From Octopus sinensis (lineage: Eukaryota): a stretch of DNA of 64,000 bases. The stretch spans positions 91,884,001 through 91,948,000 of the forward strand of contig NC_042997.1 of NCBI RefSeq assembly GCF_006345805.1. The letters are read 5' to 3'. This document shows positions 59,955 to 64,000 of the stretch, one piece after another. A program made the translations under genes and the position numbers. The notes under the pieces are model-generated. The model did not search any database. It was not told the origin of the DNA and saw only the letters and a program-made list of their open reading frames with translations. How positions within the stretch are numbered: position 1 is the stretch's first letter; each line of letters starts with the position of its first letter.

Positions 59955-62900
59955 TGGCGCAGGTAAAAAAAGTCGCCTTTTCTTCGTAATGGATCGTATT
60001 ACAGGTACCTGTTTCCTCGCGGACACTGGAGCTGAAGTTAGCATTATCACCGTCTCACTAACTGCGGGACAGAAAACAAACGCCGACCTTTCTTCAGGCT
60101 GGTAATTAATCACCCATCCAGTCTTTTAGCGAGCAGTCCCTCACGTTAAATTTAGGCCTTCGTCGCGCTTTCCAGTGGATTTTCGTCGTGGCAAAATTAC
60201 TGGCTCCAATTATAGGTGCTGTTTTTTTTTTACATCAGTTCAGCCTTCTGGTCGACGTCAAGAAACGTAGACTCGTCGATACAACGACTGACCTCACTGT
60301 ACGCGGTGTGTCCACAGTAGGTCCAGTCATGTTACGTACAGAGACCAGCCGATACGAAGCGATCTTCCGTAAATATCCGGACATCACCCGATCACTATTT
60401 AAAAACAAGGACGTCAAGCACGGGATTACGCACCATATCGAAACCACCGGCCCAACTGTTGCCTCGCGACCGCGAAGATTGCCTCCAGACCACTTGCGGG
60501 TCGCTAAACAAAAATTTCAGCATATGTTAGATCTGGGGATCATTCGACCATCCAGCAGCAGTTGGTCCAGTCCACTACATTTGGTACCTAAGAAGGAGAC
60601 GAACGGCTGGCGTCCATGCGGAGACTTCAGAGCCCTCAACAAAACTACAGTGGCTGATACCTATCCCATTCCATACTTGCAGGATTTTTCTGGTTCGCTG
60701 AACGGAGCACAGATTTTTTCTAAAATCAACCTAATACGGGCCTACAACCAGATACCCGTCGAACCTGTCGATGTTCCAAAAACGGCAATTGCCACGCCCT
60801 TTGTTCTCCGCAACGCAGCGCAGACATTCCAGCCTTTTAAAGATACCGTTACAAGAGGCTTACCGTTCGTGTGCGCGTACATCGACGACATGCTGGTAGC
60901 AAGCAAATCCGAAACCGAACATGAAAAGCATTAAAATCAGCTATTCCAGAGGTTAGCTGACTACGGTATCGTAATCAACACCAGTAAATGTATTTTTGGT
61001 GTCTCGTCTCTGCCTTTCCTCGGCCATATTGTTGACAAGGACGGAATCCGGCACCTACCCAAAAAGATGGGGGCGATAGTCGATTTCCCTATTCCTACGT
61101 CCCTTCGGAAACTCCGAGAATATTTGGGATTAATTAACTTTTATCAGCGTTTCTTACCACATTGCACCGAAGTAGCTCAACCACTTATAGATGTCCTGCG
61201 CAACAAAACAATGGAGAGACAGGCTATAAAGCTAGGCAACGAAGAACTGGCCTCTTTCAATAAACTAAAGGATATGCTAGCTAGGGCCATGATGCTAGTC
61301 TACCCCAAGCCTGGTGCTCCACTCAGTTTCCTAGTTGACACGTCCATGTCCGGAGTCGGCGGTGTCCTTCAGCAGTTTTTGATGGCGTTTGGCAACCATT
61401 GTCATTTTTCTCCAAGCGACTTCAATCTGCGGAGATGAAATATAGTATTTTTGGTCGTGAGCTACTGGCTGCGTATCTGCCCGTAAAACACTTCCGCCAT
61501 ATGTTAGAAGGGTCCGTTTTCAGCATCAACATAGACCATAAACCGCTAGTATATGCATTCAGGAAGAAACCTGACTGCTATTCTCCCAGAGAAGTCCGTC
61601 ACCTCGACTTCATCGCCCAATATTCTACAGATATTTGGCATATCAAAGGCTCCGACAACACAGCAGCAGACGCAGTTTCACGCGTCCATCTTAACGCCCT
61701 GTACGCTCCAGAGACTATCGATCTTCAGCTGATTGCGGCAGATCAGGAAAACGACGAAGAACTTAATAGGCTACGGAATTCGTCGTCCCTCAAGTTCCAG
61801 CTGTTTCCATTATCTTCTTCTATCTGTCACATATGGTGCGATACCTCCACTGGCCACGAACGCCCTTACGTCCCCGAACCAAACCGACGACGTATTTTCA
61901 CTGCCCTTCACTGTCTATCACACTCCGGCATTCGTTCCACACAGAAGATAATAACAATTCGTTTTGTGTGAACGAACATTAACAAGGACATCCGCGCTTG
62001 GGTTAAGAGTTGCGCTGCCTGTCAAAAGGCGAAAATACAACATATAAAATCGCCTCTCGGCACTTTCACAACAGCGGATGCACGTTTTCAACACATCCAC
62101 ATAGATATAGTCGGACCTCTACTACCGTCTCACAACTATAAGCATCTGTTGACCTGCATCAGCCGCTTTTCTCGATGGCCCGAAGCTTTCCCTCTGTTCG
62201 ATACTTCAGCGGAAACCGTCGCAAAAGCGCTGATATCACACTGGGTATCGCGTTTTGGTGTCCCCGCAACCATCACGACAGACAGAGGACGGCAATTCGA
62301 TTCGCGCCTTTTCAGCGAACTCACGCGCCAGATCGGTTCCAAACACTGCCGCACAACAGTGTATCATCCAGCGGCAAACGGCATGATAGGGAGATTCCAC
62401 AGGCAACTGAAATCAGCCATACGTGCATGTCCAGACATAACCAACTGGATGGAATTCCTTCCTCTTATTCTGCTCGGTATCCGTGTATCTATTAAGGATG
62501 ACATTGGTCACTCACCAGCTGAGTTAGTTTACGGCACCACGCTGGCCCTGTCTGGGGAAATGATCGCTCCAGTTCCTCCAAGGGATATTCCTGATCCCAC
62601 ATTTTATGTACATCATCTCTGCGTACATATGTTCCATCTCTCAACTAACGCACCCCGTTCGTAGAAAACTGAAATTTATGAAATGGACGCACGTTTTTAT
62701 CCGGAACGATGAAATACCATCACAAATCCCTCCACCGTATTCTGGACCTTAAGAAAGCTATCGTCGATTCCGCACCAAACCAACACAGTCTCGTCAACAC
62801 CTCCCTCAAGTACCTCAACGTCTTCACAGCAAACTCGAACAAGACGCGGGCGAAGAGTCCGCTGGCCGGCGAAATACATGCAAGTTTTCTATTTCAAAAA

Positions 62901-64000
62901 AATTCCAGGTGAGTGATTTACAGGCACCAATACCTTAATTTCTACACGAACAGCTACAAAACTAATTTATTTATATTATTCTTTCCACTGAACTTCACAA
63001 GGACCATACCTGTAACACTTACATTGCATTAATTCAAATTCTTGTTTGTCATATTAGATTAAAAGTGATTTTGTTTGCATTCTATCAGACTCAAATGAAC
63101 TGAACATTTATTCATAACCCGAATTTTTGTTTGCATGCCTTCTGAAATATATTCATATTTTACACATCCACTTTCTTTCAGTCGCATTGTCGCAGGTTCA
63201 TCTTGCATGTACATATTTTATTTTTCTCGTTCACTTTGAAAATGTATTGTTGCATATACACAAGCATGCACCTTTCCTCAGCGCCTGGCCTTGCGCACGC
63301 ATCTGCACACATTGTTACACACACGCATGCTAACTCTGCTACATTCATGCACCACACATGCCTTTCTCGCTTGTTTTTCATGCTCCCCTGCGCCTTTGTG
63401 GACTCAACTCATCTCTGTAGGACCCTAGGTCGATCACGCATACATAGAGAAAGTTGTTTGTCTCTTACAACGCGCCAGCATGTCACACTTTTGCTCCTGC
63501 ACGTTCGATGCATATAATACCTCATGCACCGGCTGCCATATTCAACACTGCCTTAATCACTGGCATATTCAACACTGTACACTGCATCTGAATCAATGCA
63601 CTAGCATTACTGCCTCAGCCTTGCAAGCCCTATTGCACATATGCACATGCACCTCTGCTGCCTTGTTTTGCAACACGTCAGCTCAGTTCTTCTCCCGACT
63701 CGATTCACGTCGAATGTTCACATGCTCTGCGCTCATGTTTAGACATAATTTTCCCCTGTTAGACCCTTGTTTGGTCACATAATTAACAGAGAAAATTATG
63801 AGTCTCGCGTATCACTCTAGCATGCTATACTATCGTCCTTGCTAACCTCAGCAAGTAACCACGACAACAGCACCAGGCACATTTCGCTGCTGAAAAACAT
63901 TCCAAGGCATTTACCATACATTTCTTTCTCAGCTTCGATCGTTCGTTTCCTTTTCCAGAACCTCACTGGCGAGGGGAGTGATGTGGTGAATTGTGCAGGC
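59955..64000 (+). mobile_element. Gypsy/Ty3 LTR retrotransposon: 5'-truncated, disrupted pol (PR-RT-RH-IN), PPT and start of 3' LTR
   Basis: Protease FLADTGAEVS; RT WSSPLHLVPKK, WRPCGDFRALN and YIDD; RNase H RELLA...DHKPL...ADAVSR; integrase [14 protein letters not shown] and YHPAANG. Several stops and frameshifts. PPT GAGGGGAG at 63971-63978, then an LTR starting TGTGG at 63982. Confidence 0.95.

Overview
AT-rich, microsatellite- and repeat-dense animal genomic DNA. The SINE, RTE and mariner content suggests a coleoid cephalopod, probably Octopus (inference). There are two convergent protein-coding genes. One is an intact, intronless POMT2 (protein O-mannosyltransferase 2, 8819-11233, +). 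The other is CCDC157 (54608-32242, -), with 9 coding exons and about 724 aa, reconstructed by hand with GT-AG sites and consistent phases, plus a candidate RFX/YY1 promoter near 56.2 kb. The rest is transposon debris: a frameshifted Gypsy pol running into its 3' LTR at the window end, a second Gypsy 5' fragment, a solo LTR, RTE LINE fragments, mariner/maT remnants, Helitron-like elements, GGATC-terminated MITEs with 8-bp TSDs, and several SINE families. The more unusual signals are four degenerate long-stem-II hammerhead-ribozyme-like motifs, short insertions copied from 1-2 kb away, and young fold-back elements.
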